Shown here: positions 11,073 to 23,159 of the stretch, piece after piece
How positions within the stretch are numbered: the first letter of the stretch is position 1
How the letters are laid out: each line of letters opens with the position of its first letter
DNA from: Narcine bancroftii
Lineage: Eukaryota
Direction: 5' to 3'
NCBI RefSeq assembly: GCF_036971445.1
Contig: NC_091470.1
Location: forward strand, 203,856,001-203,920,000
DNA: 64,000 bases
Program-made: the position numbers and the translations under genes
Notes under the pieces: generated by a model
Seen by the model: the letters and a program-made list of their open reading frames with translations, nothing else
Database searches by the model: none
What the model was told of the DNA's origin: nothing

Positions 11073-12000
11073 ATAAAATAACAAATATTCATATATACAA
11101 ATAAATAAACATTGTTTGGTGAATGAGAGTCTCGGGCGGTCAGTGTAAGCGGTTCCTCTGATTGTCTGGCGTTCTCACTGCCTGTGAGAAGAAGCTATTC
11201 CTCAGCCTGGTGGTGCTGGTTCTGATCCTCCTGGATCTCTTCCTCCGATGGGAGCAGCTGAACGATGCTGTGTGTGGGGGTGGAAAGGGGTCTTTGATGA
11301 TTTTGCGCGTCCTCTTCAGGCAACGGTTCCGGTCGATCACATCGATGGGAAGGGTGAGGGAGACCCCAGTGATCCTCTCTGTCGCTCTTCTGGTCCTGTA
11401 GATTGACCTCCGATCCATTTCTCTGCAGCAACAGTCCCCACACTGTGATACAGCCGGCCAGGATGCTCTCGATAGAGCTCCTGTAGAAGGTGGAGATGAT
11501 GGTGGGTGGTGACCTTGCCCACTTCAGTCTTCTTAGGAAGTACAGTCGCTGTTGTGCCTTCCTGACAAGTGAGATGTTGAGTGTCCACGATAGGTCATTA
11601 GAACTTAGAGAAAGTGAGGTTGTGAATGTGGTTCATTGTCGGTTCAGAAATTTGATGGAAGAGGACAAGAGGCTGTTTCTGTGTCACTGGGTGTTTGTTT
11701 TCAGGCTCCTGGACCTCCTTCCTGATGGTAGCAGAGTGAAGAGGGCATGGTCTGGGTGGTGGGGTCCTTGAGGGTAGAGGCTGCTTTCTTAAGACACCGC
11801 CTCTTATAGATGCTCTTGATAGAGTGAAGACTGGTGTGCATGACAGCTTTGGCCATGTTTACAACCCTCTGTCGCCTTCCCAGTGATGCAACCGGTCAGA
11901 ATGCTCTCCACGGTCTGCCTGTAGAAACTTTCAAGGTTCTTTGCTGACATAATGAATCTCCCCAAACTCCTCACCAAGTCTAGCTGCTGGCAAACCTTCT
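11073..12000 (-). mobile_element. Two Rex1/Babar-like LINE fragments
   Basis: RCLKRTRKIIKDP, RLRNSFFSQAVR. Confidence 0.75.
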
Positions 12001-12489
12001 TCGCTATGAGAGCTACCCCCTTCCCCTATTCCGAATAGTTGACCCCCCCTCTCGGGTTTTGGAGGAGGATGGAGGAGATCTTGCAATGGTGGCAATTCAT
12101 CCTCAAAGGTGTCCTGTCTCAGGGTGACCTGGTGCAGCCCAGCGCTGAATGGCAGGTGTGCTCCTGGTCACTCGACCAAGGCCAGCATGTGGGACAGCTG
12201 CGGCTCAGTGATTGTTCAGGGCTGCCATCTGCTCTGGAATATTCCAACCCACCCAAGCATTGGAGCAGAGCCAGAGGGTTTCAGTCAACAGGACAGATGG
12301 AATGCGATGGAGAGGTCTGATGGACAATGTTTCTGGAATGTTAGTGGGGGTAGTCTGGGTCCCCTGCAGGAGACGGGTCACGGAGGGAGGGGGGATTAAT
12401 GTCAGTGACCCTGTGGGCTAAAGGAGGGGGATTAACCCCCGGGACTACTGTCGTTAATTCCCCCTCCCTTATTAATTCCCCCCTCCCTC

Positions 12490-12810
12490 GTGTGTGTGCA
12501 TGTGCACACGTGAATATGAGTGAGTGAGTGGGTGTGCGTGCGTGTTTGTATGTGCATGAGTGCGTAAGTGAGTGAGGGTGTATGTGCATGCATGTTTGTA
12601 TGTGTGTGTGCGTGTGTGTGAGGGTGTGTGCACGTACGTGTATGTGCACGCATGTGTGTGTGTGCTTCCATGTGTGTGCATGTGTGTGTACGCGCGTGTG
12701 TGTCTATGTGCTTGTGTGTTTGTGCATGTGTGCATGTGTATGTGTGTTTGTACAAGTGTGTGAGTGCTTGATTGTGCATGTTTGTACGTGCATGAGTGCG
12801 TGAGTGAGTG
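12490..12810. repeat. Degenerate (GT/GCAT)n repeat running into an assembly gap
   Basis: Alternating purine-pyrimidine tract; Ns at 12811-12975. Confidence 0.9.
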
Positions 12811-13699
12811 NNNNNNNNNNNNNNNNNNNNNNNNNNNNNNNNNNNNNNNNNNNNNNNNNNNNNNNNNNNNNNNNNNNNNNNNNNNNNNNNNNNNNNNNNN
12901 NNNNNNNNNNNNNNNNNNNNNNNNNNNNNNNNNNNNNNNNNNNNNNNNNNNNNNNNNNNNNNNNNNNNNNNNNNNTGTTTAGTTGTGTTGTAGATGTATC
13001 ATCAGATGGAAATGAACTTGAATTTAAACAGAAGCCGCTGTTGTTGGGTTCACCGGGATCCAATCTCTGGCAGTCGACACCTCCTCCCTGAGACAGTAGA
13101 GGCTCCCCGTCTGACATCCCACGAGGTCAGGCTGGGAGATAACAGGTCACCTCTAGTGTGTGGATAAGGGGTTAGAATCAGCAGGGGAGGGGAGTGTTGA
13201 TTGGACTATGGGAGAATAGCAATGGGACTGACGTGGGCCTTGCAGACCAACATGGACTTGATGGGCTGACAGGAGTTTCTGTGCTGGCTCAAGCGGGTTC
13301 GTATTGCTCACTGTTGCTTCATGAATGATGCAGAAGGCAGAGCTCAGCGTAATCACACCCCACGTCTCCAATGTAACACAACACCAGCTCGGTTAAAGAT
13401 TAATGGGCCACATTCACTGAACTATGTTATGTCTGCGGCTAGTCGGGATAGTGGGGACAGGGTTAGTGGGGACGGGGTCAGTGGGGACAGGGTCAGTGGA
13501 GATGGGGTCAGTGAGGATGGTGTCAGTGGGGAGAGGGTCCATGCAGAGGAGACCGGAGTGGGAGCATCAGATGGCAGTCGAAGACCCCCTAAGATTCGCA
13601 AGTATTCACTCCATCCAGAACTGGTGAATACTTGTGGGTCTTTCACGCTCAGAGATGTCAGTGAGGGAAATGGGGATCTGTCTGGCGTAGATTGATCAA

Positions 13700-14720
13700 T
13701 GTTTATTAAAGCCCTAGCGGAATTTATCACCTTTGAACGAATGAAGAATAACTTTAATTTCCCAAATCATACATATTTTTTGTAATTATCAAGTTAAGGC
13801 TTTCTTGGTTGATAAATTGGGTCCTAATTTGATTCCACCTAGACAGAATGAATTAGAATTATTGACATGTAAGGGTGGTATAAATAAATAAGTTTATTTT
13901 GGAGATGTATAAACCACTTCAAAAGGCAACTCCCAAGTTAGGAATTGATAAATCGAGATTAAGATGGGAGGTTGATTTCAATAGACGAATAGATGAAAAT
14001 GACAGGATGTGAGGAAAATATGACGAAAATTATTATAATCAATATAATTTTCTACATCAATTAGACTCAAAATTTTAGGTAGGTGTGTGTGTTTGCATTC
14101 TACTTGGACATGTCAACCTTTTTCTTTCCACTCACATCCCACATTAAGTCATTCCTCTGCCCTCGTTTGGCTTTAATAAACATTTTTTAAAAATACTTAA
14201 GAAATTTGAAACCATATCAATGTGTATATATTCAATAAAACTACAAAAATTATACATGTGATACATATATATTTAACCCCCCCCACTCCCTTCACCCTCC
14301 ACTCCCCCTCCCCCTCAGAATATATCCGATGAAAAGAGAATCTGGAGAATGTCAAGAAAACATAATACGACTAATAATGGAGCTGGGGGTAACCAACGGG
14401 ACGGGCTTTCAGTCTCATATTTTCAAACCAACGTGTGGTTTTCCAAAAACAATTGATATTTATAACGTAGATTATCAGTGATCTTCTCGCAGTTCAGCAG
14501 GCCATCTCTCCATCCCCAAACCTGCATCTGATTTCCAAGTAATGGCCATGCTGGAAACATGGCAAAGCCAGTTGTAAAAATTCAATTTGATACAGAATGA
14601 ACCTTAATTTAGGTCTAATGACTTTAACAAAAATAACATCAGGTCCTGTGGGAGTTTAACCCCCAATATTTCCTCCAAAACAATTCCCTACCTCTAACCA
14701 AAAGGTTTTACTCTAGCAGT
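13700..14720. mobile_element. Old L1-like fragments (both orientations)
   Basis: AT-rich degenerate ORF2 3'-end-like sequence and G-rich UTR remnant. Confidence 0.45.
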
Positions 14721-15382
14721 CAGTGGTTCTCAACCTTTTTTCTTTCCACTCACATCCCACTTTAAGTCATCCCGATGCCATCAAGGCTCTGCAATTAGCA
14801 AGGGGTTGCTTAAGGTGGGATGTGGGTGGAAAGAAAATGGTTAAAAACCCCTGTTTTATTCGTCCCTCGTTGACTTGTTATGTGCACGGTTTCAGAATTC
14901 CAAACGAAATGGGCCAATTACCATTTTTCTCAAGTCAAATATTTCAGTGACAATTGGGTCAAGAGCAGTGATTCTCAACCTTCCCTTCCCACCCACATCC
15001 CACCGTAAGCAACCCCTGACTAATCACAGAGCCCAGATGGGACAGGGATTACTTAATGTGGTGGTACACCACTGGCCTATTGCAGGGGGCAACTTCTGTA
15101 CCTGCAGGAGTGTAAGGGGACAGGACAACACCAGGCTGGCTGTCAATCAGTCGGCCTGAATGGATCAAGCCCCACCTGGTCAGGTGTCAATCACCCTCTG
15201 GTATATAAGCCTGCGCTGGCCTCTCAGGGCCTTATTCAGAGAGCCACAGACTGGCTCTGTGGAAGTCTTTGTGGATTAAAGCCTGTTGTACAATCTTTAT
15301 CTTAGTGTGTGTCTGATTCTGGCTAACAGTGCACCACACTTAACGTGGATGTGAGTGGAAAGAAAAAGGTTGCAAACCCCTG
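14721..15382 (+). mobile_element. Composite hAT/Charlie-like MITE interrupted by a solo LTR
   Basis: Palindrome-spacer-palindrome layout, as at 24567-24940. Confidence 0.78.
15057..15338 (+). mobile_element. Solo LTR (282 bp)
   Basis: TGTGGTG...CACCACA inverted ends, 5-bp TSD CTTAA, internal TATATAA and ATTAAA; inserted in a MITE. Confidence 0.88.
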
Positions 15383-15564
15383 GCCTGCACGTGAAGAAAC
15401 GCTGTTGGAGTTGAAAGTACTTTAAGTGGGACATCCCATGACACATATTTCCGGGCAACCCCAACCGGAGCTAGTATGTTTCCACCTGCCTGGAGTTTCC
15501 CCAGATCAGGAGATGAGCAAGAACAACGTCTGAGGAAAGATGGGAGTAAAACACAAAAGTCTGC

Positions 15565-16200
15565 AGACATCCCTCAAGGTCACAGCACAGGTTGATAGGA
15601 TAGTTAAGAAGGCCTGTGGGACGCTGGGCTTCATTAGTCAGGGGATTGAGTTTAGGAGTCAAGAAGTCATGTTGTAACTCTGCAGATCTCTGGTGAGACC
15701 AACACTTAGAATATTGGGTTCAGTTCTGATCACCTCATTATAGGAAGGATGTGGAAGCCATGGAGAAGGGGCAAAGGATATTCACCAGGCTGTTGCCTGG
15801 ATTGGACAATATGTCTTATGAGGCCAGGTAAGCAGAGCTGGGACTTTTCTCTTTGGAATGAAGAAGGATGAGGGGAGACTTGATAGAGGTCAGCAAGATT
15901 CTGAGAGGCCTAAACAAGGAAGACAGTCAGCGTCTGTAACTCAGGCCGGGAGTGGCAATGGCAGAGGATGTCTGTTCAAAGTGAAGGGAGGGGGAGTTTA
16001 GGGGAGATGTCAGGGGTAAGTTCTTTTTTAACAAAGAGAGTTGCGGGGGGACTGGAATGCATTCCCAGGGATGGGGGTGGAGGTTGGAACACGAGGGGCA
16101 TTTAAGAGACACTTAGACAGGAACATGGATGGAAGAAAAATAGGGGGTTTTGAGGTAGGAAGGATGAAGGTCGAAGGGCCTGTACAATGCTGTAGTATTC
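15565..16200 (+). mobile_element. CR1 LINE 3' fragment
   Basis: Homologous to 9040-9790. Confidence 0.78.
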
Positions 16201-19200
16201 TATGTGTTATTTTCTATGAAGGAAATGTTGGAGAAACTCAGCAGGTCAAACAGTGTCCTTTATCCAGCAAAGAGAAAGATACAAAACCAATGTTTCGGGC
16301 TTGAGCCCTTTATCAAGGGATGAGCAAAATGTCAGTAGGGGGCCAAACAAAATGGTGCGGAGAGGAGCATGGTCCCTCAGGCAGGAGGTAATAGGTGGAT
16401 AAGGGAGGGAGGGCACAGCAGCAAACAGGGGAGATGGGGGATGGCTCTGAGTGGAGAAGGAAGTGGGTGGCGAGCTGGAGGGCTGGAGCCAGAGGGATGG
16501 GGGCAGAAACCGGAGGTCGATGTAAACGCCCTATGGCTGAAGAGGGCCCAGGCAGAAAATTAATTCTTGCTCCTCCAATTTACGGGTGGTCTTGGTGGGA
16601 CAGGACCCGAGGCCGTGGACGGACATGTCAGCATGGGAGTGGGGTGCAGAATTGAAGTGGTCGGTCACTGGGAGATCCCTGTCACCGGCACGACTGGGAG
16701 ATCCCTGTCACCGGCACGACTGGGAGATCCCTGTCATTCACCACCCAGGCCATGCCCTCTTCACACTGCTACCATTGGGGAAAAGGTCCAGGAGCCTGAA
16801 GACGAGCACCCAGCGGCACAAAGACGGCTTCTTCCCCTCTGCCATCAGATTCCTGAATGGACAATGAACCATAGACACTACCTGCCATTTTCTGTACCTT
16901 TGGTTTTATTTATTTATTTTTTTAAGATATATATTTATAGGCAGGTATTTATAACAATTTTGACCCTGTAATGCAAAATTCTGCTCTCGCAGAATTTCGT
17001 GACACATGTTCATGACAATAAAACTGATTCTAGTTCTGAGTGAGAGAGGGAGATGGGGAGGGAGAAAGAGGAGAGGAGAGAGAGATGGGGTGGAAGGAGG
17101 GGAGAGAGGGAGAGAGGGAGGAGGGAGGGGGAGAAAGAGGAGGGGATAGAGAGAGGGGAAGGGAGAAAGAAGAGGGGAGAGAGAGGGAGGGAGGAGGGGA
17201 GTGAGAGAGGGAGGGAGAAAGAAGAGGGAAGTTGGACATGAATTGTTTGTGCTTCTTTGCGAGCCGAAGCACTGACATGGAAGACCCAAGAGAGTAAGAG
17301 GTGGAAAATAACCACCTCCTGCTCGTTGGAAAGCTCGTTAAGGGGGAGGCTGAGATTCGAGGGAATATTGGGACAGGGAGCGGTAAATCTCACCTCTGTT
17401 GCCCTAGGTCCTGGCGGAAGGTGGACTGAGAGCACCCTGACCATCCCTCCTGCAGCTCTCCTCCAGGTAAGGGTGTGGGGGCATGTGGTGTGGCTTCAAG
17501 GGGTGGGGACATCTGTGGGATGTAAAAACTCCACCTTCTCCTCTGACAGTTTATATGAAGCGGTTGAGACAGAATCAACACAGGCAGGAGGGGGCCCATT
17601 CGGCCTATTGGGTCTGCTCAGCTATTTTAATAAGGTGGCGGATGGTCTTGGTTCCTGTTACCTGCCTGTTCCCCTCGACCCTTAATTCTCCTCTGCCCAA
17701 GGCTGTTACAGGGCCAGTGACCCCGGGTCCGAATCCGGTGTTGTTTGTAAGGACTGTGTACATTCTCATCGTGCCTGCATGGGCTTTTCTTGGAGGCTTC
17801 AGTTTCCTCCCATCGTTCAAAAAGTTCTGGGGGTTGCAGGGGGATTGTGTGTAACGGGCTCATGTGCTGAAAGGGCCTGTTACTGTGTTGCACACCTATC
17901 ATTCAAAAATCTACCTAACTCTGGCTCAAATACATTCATGGAGCAGACAAAATGGTGGGGGGAGGGGGCAGGGGGAGGAGCACGAGCCCTCGGGCAAGAG
18001 GTGGGTCAGGGAGGTAGGGCACAGCACCAAACGGGGGGGGGGGGGTGTGGCTCTGTGAATGGAGAGGGGAGGGGGTGGAGAGCTGGAGGGATGGGGGAAG
18101 GGAGGGAGAACTTTCCCTCAGGGCCCTCTTGTCCCGGTTGAGACCTGGCTCTCCAGCAACTCGTAGCTTGGTGTGAGCACCCCAGCCGCTGAGACCCTGG
18201 CTGGTCCACCTTCCCCATAGGGTCATTCCCCCCCCACCCCCAGACTTCTCCTTTTTGATGGGGGGAGAAGGGATGAGGGTGGGATTTTCTCCCCATTCTG
18301 GTGCCCTGCGCTGGTCTGCAGTTCCTTCAGAGTCCGCCCACTCTCAGGGTACGCTGCCCAGCATAGTACTGCCATCTTGGGCACAGGCCTCTGAAGTTTC
18401 AGAATGTTTAAAAAAAAACTCCACCTTCTCCTCTGACAGTTTATATGAAGCGGTCGGCATCAAAAACAGGCAGTAGGACCCTGCGGAGCTGCACTGCGTC
18501 TCCGCTCCCTGCTCTCTCAGGTCTGCTCCAGTGGCAGTGTCACCATTTTTTTCCTCTACGTGCCAAAGAGGAAAAAAACAACAAACGTCCCATTTGAACC
18601 CTCAAGCCCTTCAGTGAGTCCCCCTCCCCCAATACCATCGATGAGATCTACCAGGATCGTTCTGAAGAGGGTGCGCAAAATCTTCGAGGGCCCCTTCCAC
18701 CCCTGCACATGGTGTTGTTCATTTACTCCCGTCGGGGAAGAGATCCAGGAGGATCAGAGCCAGCACCATCAGGTTGATGGACAGCTTCTTCCCCCGGGCT
18801 GAAGGACCAAAGGAACTGCTCGCACTGACCCTCCAAGAAGAAATAAAATTTATTTATTTATTTGTATCGATGAACTTGTCCTGCGTGTGCATTGTTTGTC
18901 TGTCTGTGTGCAATGCCTGGTTGTGCATCTGTGTGTTTTGCACCGAAGACCAGAGAACGCTGTTTCGTCAGGTTGAAGTAAAAGCACAACGCTGGAGAAA
19001 CTCAGCAGGTCCAACTGTGTCCTTTGTACAGCACAGGTAAAAATACCAAGATTAGCTTTTCACCAACGCAACACTCTCCCCTTTCTGTATCTCTGCCTCC
19101 ATCTTGGGAGANNNNNNNNNNNNNNNNNNNNNNNNNNNNNNNNNNNNNNNNNNNNNNNNNNNNNNNNNNNNNNNNNNNNNNNNNNNNNNNNNNNNNNNNN

Positions 19201-19259
19201 NNNNNNNNNNNNNNNNNNNNNNNNNNNNNNNNNNNNNNNNNNNNNNNNNNNNNNNNNTG

Positions 19260-19950
19260 AGACGTCGGTTCTGTCTTTTCACCTTTGCTCTATAATGGAC
19301 ACTGTTTGACCAGCTGAGTTTCTCGTGTTTTTACCTCAACCCCAGAGTCCACAGATTTCCATGCTTTACTTTGGGTTGCACTTGTACAATCAGATGACAA
19401 TAAATGTGACTCGATGACACTTCTTTCTTGCTTCTAACCCGGGCAATCCTCGCGGCTGGAGAGACTGGGTGCTGACTGGGAGATGCCTTTGTCAGACCCC
19501 TTGGCTCTGACCACCACCACAGTGGCCGCCCATTTCAATTCCCTACCCCCTTCCCTTGCCGACATGTCTGTCCATGGTCTCATGCCCTGCCAGACTGAGA
19601 CCGCCTGCAAATCGGAGGAACAACGCCTCAACTGGGCCCCCCTCCAACCGGATGGCATTGACTCCTCCGGTTTCTGTTAGCCCCACCATTTTCCCAATAT
19701 CTCCTTTCCTCTCTCTCTCTCTCTTCCCTTTTCTCTCTATCTTCTTTCCACCCATTCTGCTTCTGGAGAGACCCTAATCTCTCCTCCCCCAACCCGAGTC
19801 GATTCTCACCATTCCTCTCTCCCGTGCCCCATCCATGTCCGATCAACACATTTTGCCTGTTGGACCATGCCCCTCCCCCTGCCCTTTTCTCCCCCTCCTC
19901 CGCAGCCTTTTATTTCCGGCTCCTTCCTGCTTTTTGCTCTCGCCTTGAAG
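19260..19950 (+). mobile_element. Penelope-like element fragment
   Basis: VAAHFNS...ADMSVHGL...KSEEQRL, reverse complement of the 39265-39850 type. Confidence 0.68.
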
Positions 19951-19954
19951 AAGG

Positions 19955-20175
19955 CCGGTTGGCGTAGTGGTCGGCGCCATGCTGTTACAGCACCAGCGGC
20001 CCAGGTTCGAATCCAGTGCTGTGCCTCTAAGGAGTTTGTACACTCTCTCCGTGTCCCACCAGGCACTCCATTTTCCCTCCCACTCCACCATTCAAAAGCG
20101 TACAGAAGGTTGTCGGTCATTTGGGCGGCAGGGGCTTGTGGGCCGAAAGGTCTGTTATTGTGCTATGTGCCTGAA
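19955..20175 (+). mobile_element. tRNA-derived SINE
   Basis: A-box TGGCGTAGTGG, B-box GGTTCGAATCC, body TAAGGAGTTTGTA; relatives at ~17700, 22450, 38085, 47840, 54540, 57335. Confidence 0.75.
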
Positions 20176-20934
20176 ATTTAAAATTTAAGTGCTCAGGAAA
20201 CCTCCAGCATCTTCAGTGACCCCTTGCGTCCCAGCTCTGTGTTTTTAACTACAATCGCCGTGTCTGCAGACTCTCACGTTTCTGCCCACGTGGCCCTTGA
20301 GGTCACCTTTCCCTTGACACCTCTCATTTTGTTTTCCATCTCCGCAGAGCCTCGGTGGCCCCAGGGCTTGGAATCGGTGAAGGGGAACAGTGGGATCCAT
20401 CTCCGAGCTGCCACGGGAACTTGCTGCTGGATGTTCCCATCTGCTGCGCCCCCTTTCATGAGTGTGAAGGAGCCACTGCAGAGAAACCACGGGGGAAAAG
20501 GTTCAGCTTTGGCAGCCTTGCTGAGAGTTTGACTGGTCCTCTGGAAGCTGGAGACGCCTCCCGTGGGCATCCAATTGTCCCGGATCCCGAGGAGAGGGCA
20601 GCATTGGGTTTAGTGCGTCAGATGGGACAGGGGGGATCGAAACCCAGTTTGCAGGGAAGGTGAAGAGTTCAGCAGGCACCCCCTCAGGGTCCTGATATCA
20701 ATCGGTCGACTCGGCTCGCCTGCCACGCCATCTATCGCTCCCCTCCTCCAGAGGATCCTCAACGAGACTGCGAATTCCCCTGTGGGACGGTCCTCTGGGC
20801 GTGGGTGCCAGCGGGGATCCACCACTGTTGGGCTAAATCCCTGGAGCCGGCAGTTTACTCTGCAGCAGGAGCGATCAGTGTCTGCTCCCCGGCTGACGGG
20901 AAGGGCAGGTCTCGCCCGGGTTGGGGGAGGAGTG

Positions 20935-20940
20935 TATAAA
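20935..20940 (+). promoter_or_regulatory. Candidate TATA box for the RING gene
   Basis: GTATAAAGG preceded by G-rich boxes, ~730 nt upstream of the RING ATG; a plausible 5' UTR intron follows at 21486-21625 (aag|gtaaga ... tttccgagtag|). Confidence 0.35.
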
Positions 20941-21669
20941 GGGCACAATCTGGGGAAGAAAGGGATGAATTGGGTGTCAGTTTCATGTCACTCCCTGAAA
21001 TAGGTGCCTGATTCCTCCTGTCCCCAACTGGCCTTTTCCCAGAGAAATCAAGATTCAATCCATTGTTGTAATAAAACAGGGTGATATTACATGAAACTAT
21101 TTGTGCCCGTGTAAGGCGGACAGATTCGCCATCAGCAGAAATTGCCTAATGTGCCTCTTTCGGTCAGAGAAAGGAAAGCAAAAGAGAGTTCACCGAGCGT
21201 CTGTGGATTCACCTCCAGCATTTCCACGGCTACACAGAGTCCAGTCCAAACCATCGGTGGCCTGAGCTCCAGATCCAACCCTCCGATACGGTCAGGAAAC
21301 TTCCAGCATCCTCAGCAGCTGCCTCACGTCCCGGTTCCGGCACCTGGTACCCCTACAGCCAGTCCCTTGCCTCTTGTCACCAGCAGCCCCGCTGAACGTG
21401 CAGGTCTTCCAGCCGCAAAGCCCCCTGGCTGGTCCTCCCCCGTGTGCAACTGTCCCGTAGGGCCTCCTTTGCTTCTCCCCCAAAGGTAAGACCACCTGGT
21501 GAGAGGTTGAAAGGGAGCGGCTGGCAAGAAACTGAAGGAGTGAGGGGGGCAGGCCTGGGGTTTTCTGAGAGGGAGAGAGAAGCTGGCAGACTGCCCAGAA
21601 CTCTCTGTTCCCCCTTTCCGAGTAGGTTCTCCAGGTGGGGACCATGCCCTGGAAGGGGATAGGGAAGCC

Positions 21670-22182
21670 ATGGTGACCTCTTGCCCAGTTGGTGAGCGGG
21701 ACCTGGAGTGTTCCATCTGCCGGCAGGACTATAACTGGGCCGGAAGGTGTCCTCGGGAGTTGGAATGCCTGCATGCTTTCTGCACCGAGTGCCTGGTGCA
21801 TTTGGAGGGCCAGCAGTTGTGGGGGCCCCGCCGGATATCCTGCCCGCTCTGCAGGCACGACACGGAGCTGGGGGCTTCTGGCGTGCTGGGCCTTCCTCAC
21901 CAGGAGCATGCCCTCGCCGGGCTGTCAGCGGCCGCGCTGGGCCAGCGGGTCATCCTGTCCCTGGACTCTGGCGAGACCACCATGGTCACTCTGCCCACCG
22001 TTAGCCTGAGGGTGGAGCGAGGGGGAGGACTGGGGTCTCCGGCTGTCCCGGGCTTCTCCCTCTCCCAACGAGGCCAGGGGTGGCGTGGCCTGGTCTGCCT
22101 GGCACACGCAGCAGCCCGGCTGTCTGTCATCTTCATCCTGGCCTGCGTCCTGGCCTTCATCCTGGGCCCTCGCCTCCTCTAG
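21670..22182 (+). CDS. RING-HC finger protein with C-terminal transmembrane segment (RNF152/RNF182/RNF183/RNF186/RNF222-like E3 ligase)
   Basis: Strong Kozak gccATGg; C-x2-C...C-x-H-x2-C-x2-C...C-x2-C RING (CSIC, CLHAFCTEC, CPLC); hydrophobic tail LSVIFILACVLAFILG; intact 170 aa in one coding exon as is typical of this family. Exact ortholog not recognisable. Confidence 0.9.
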   Translation: MVTSCPVGERDLECSICRQDYNWAGRCPRELECLHAFCTECLVHLEGQQLWGPRRISCPLCRHDTELGASGVLGLPHQEHALAGLSAAALGQRVILSLDSGETTMVTLPTVSLRVERGGGLGSPAVPGFSLSQRGQGWRGLVCLAHAAARLSVIFILACVLAFILGPRLL

Positions 22183-22349
22183 CACCAAGCCCTGGGTCAC
22201 TGCGCCCTGGAATTTCCCCCACCCCCTCCCTCTGGCTGTGGAGTCTGGGAGGATTTGGTTTAGGCCGCATTGAATGCAGGTTTCAGTCTTGGCTGCGTTC
22301 AGTGCAGGAATATCCAGTATTGCGCTCATGTGTGTGGATAACAAACCCA

Positions 22350-23135
22350 GATGAGCTGAGTGGCCAGATCCAATGCCCTGCACGCATATACGTGACATCA
22401 CATACAGCCCTGAGATTCTTGTTAAATTTATTTTTTTTTAAATTTAGACATGCAGCATGGTAACAGGCCATTTCGGATCACGAGCCCATGCCGCCCAATC
22501 ACACCCAATTAACCTACACTCCCGGCACGATTTAAATGATGGGAGGAAACCGGAGCCCCGGGGAAAACCCACGCAGACATGGGGAGAACGTACAAACTCC
22601 TAACAAACAGCGCAGGATTCGAACCTGCTGAATCAGTGCGGCGCATTTCTACTTAGGGATAGTGCAAAAATTTACTCAAGAAAAGGTACATAACAAAAGA
22701 AGGAAATGAATGTAAACGAACTGACCAGGCAATACAGAGAATAAATATTCAGTGATAAACAATGTGCCAAGAGTCCTTAAATGAGTCCCTGGTTGAGTTT
22801 GTCGTTGAGGAGACTGATGGTGGAGGGGTTCTGAACCTGGTGGGGTGAGTCCTGTGGCCCCAAGACCTCTTTCCTGATGGCAGCAGCGAGAACAGAGCGT
22901 GCATTGGGTGGTGTGGATCCTTGATGATTGCTGCTGCTCTCCGATGGCAGCGTTCCCCCGTAGATGTTCTCACCGGTGGGGAGGGGTTTGCCTGTGGCGT
23001 CCTGGGTTGGGTCCATGACCTTTTGCAGGGCTTTTTCCACTCAGGGGTATTGGTGACCCTCCCACACCAGATGTAGCCGGTCAGTACACTTCCCTCCACA
23101 CGTCTGTGGAAATTTGCCAGGGTTTTACAATGTCC
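22350..23135 (-). mobile_element. Rex1/Babar-like LINE 3' fragment with nested SINE
   Basis: AAAIIKDPHHPMHALFSLLPSGKR; SINE at ~22450-22625. Confidence 0.75.
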
Positions 23136-23159
23136 TTATCAATCCTCTTGGAAATTTAA

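Noticed and set aside
12704-13117. ORFs spanning the N gap as an alternative Kv-beta first exon
   Set aside because: Length is inflated by Ns and no TGMxYR/donor is visible; untestable here.
16668-16737. 26-bp triple repeat as a regulatory array
   Set aside because: Slippage duplication at a Penelope/Rex junction.
19955-20030. tRNA gene
   Set aside because: A and B boxes present but it continues into a multi-copy SINE body; no clean cloverleaf.
21292-21909. 205-aa minus-strand ORF
   Set aside because: Antisense to the RING CDS plus repeat sequence; no recognisable domain.
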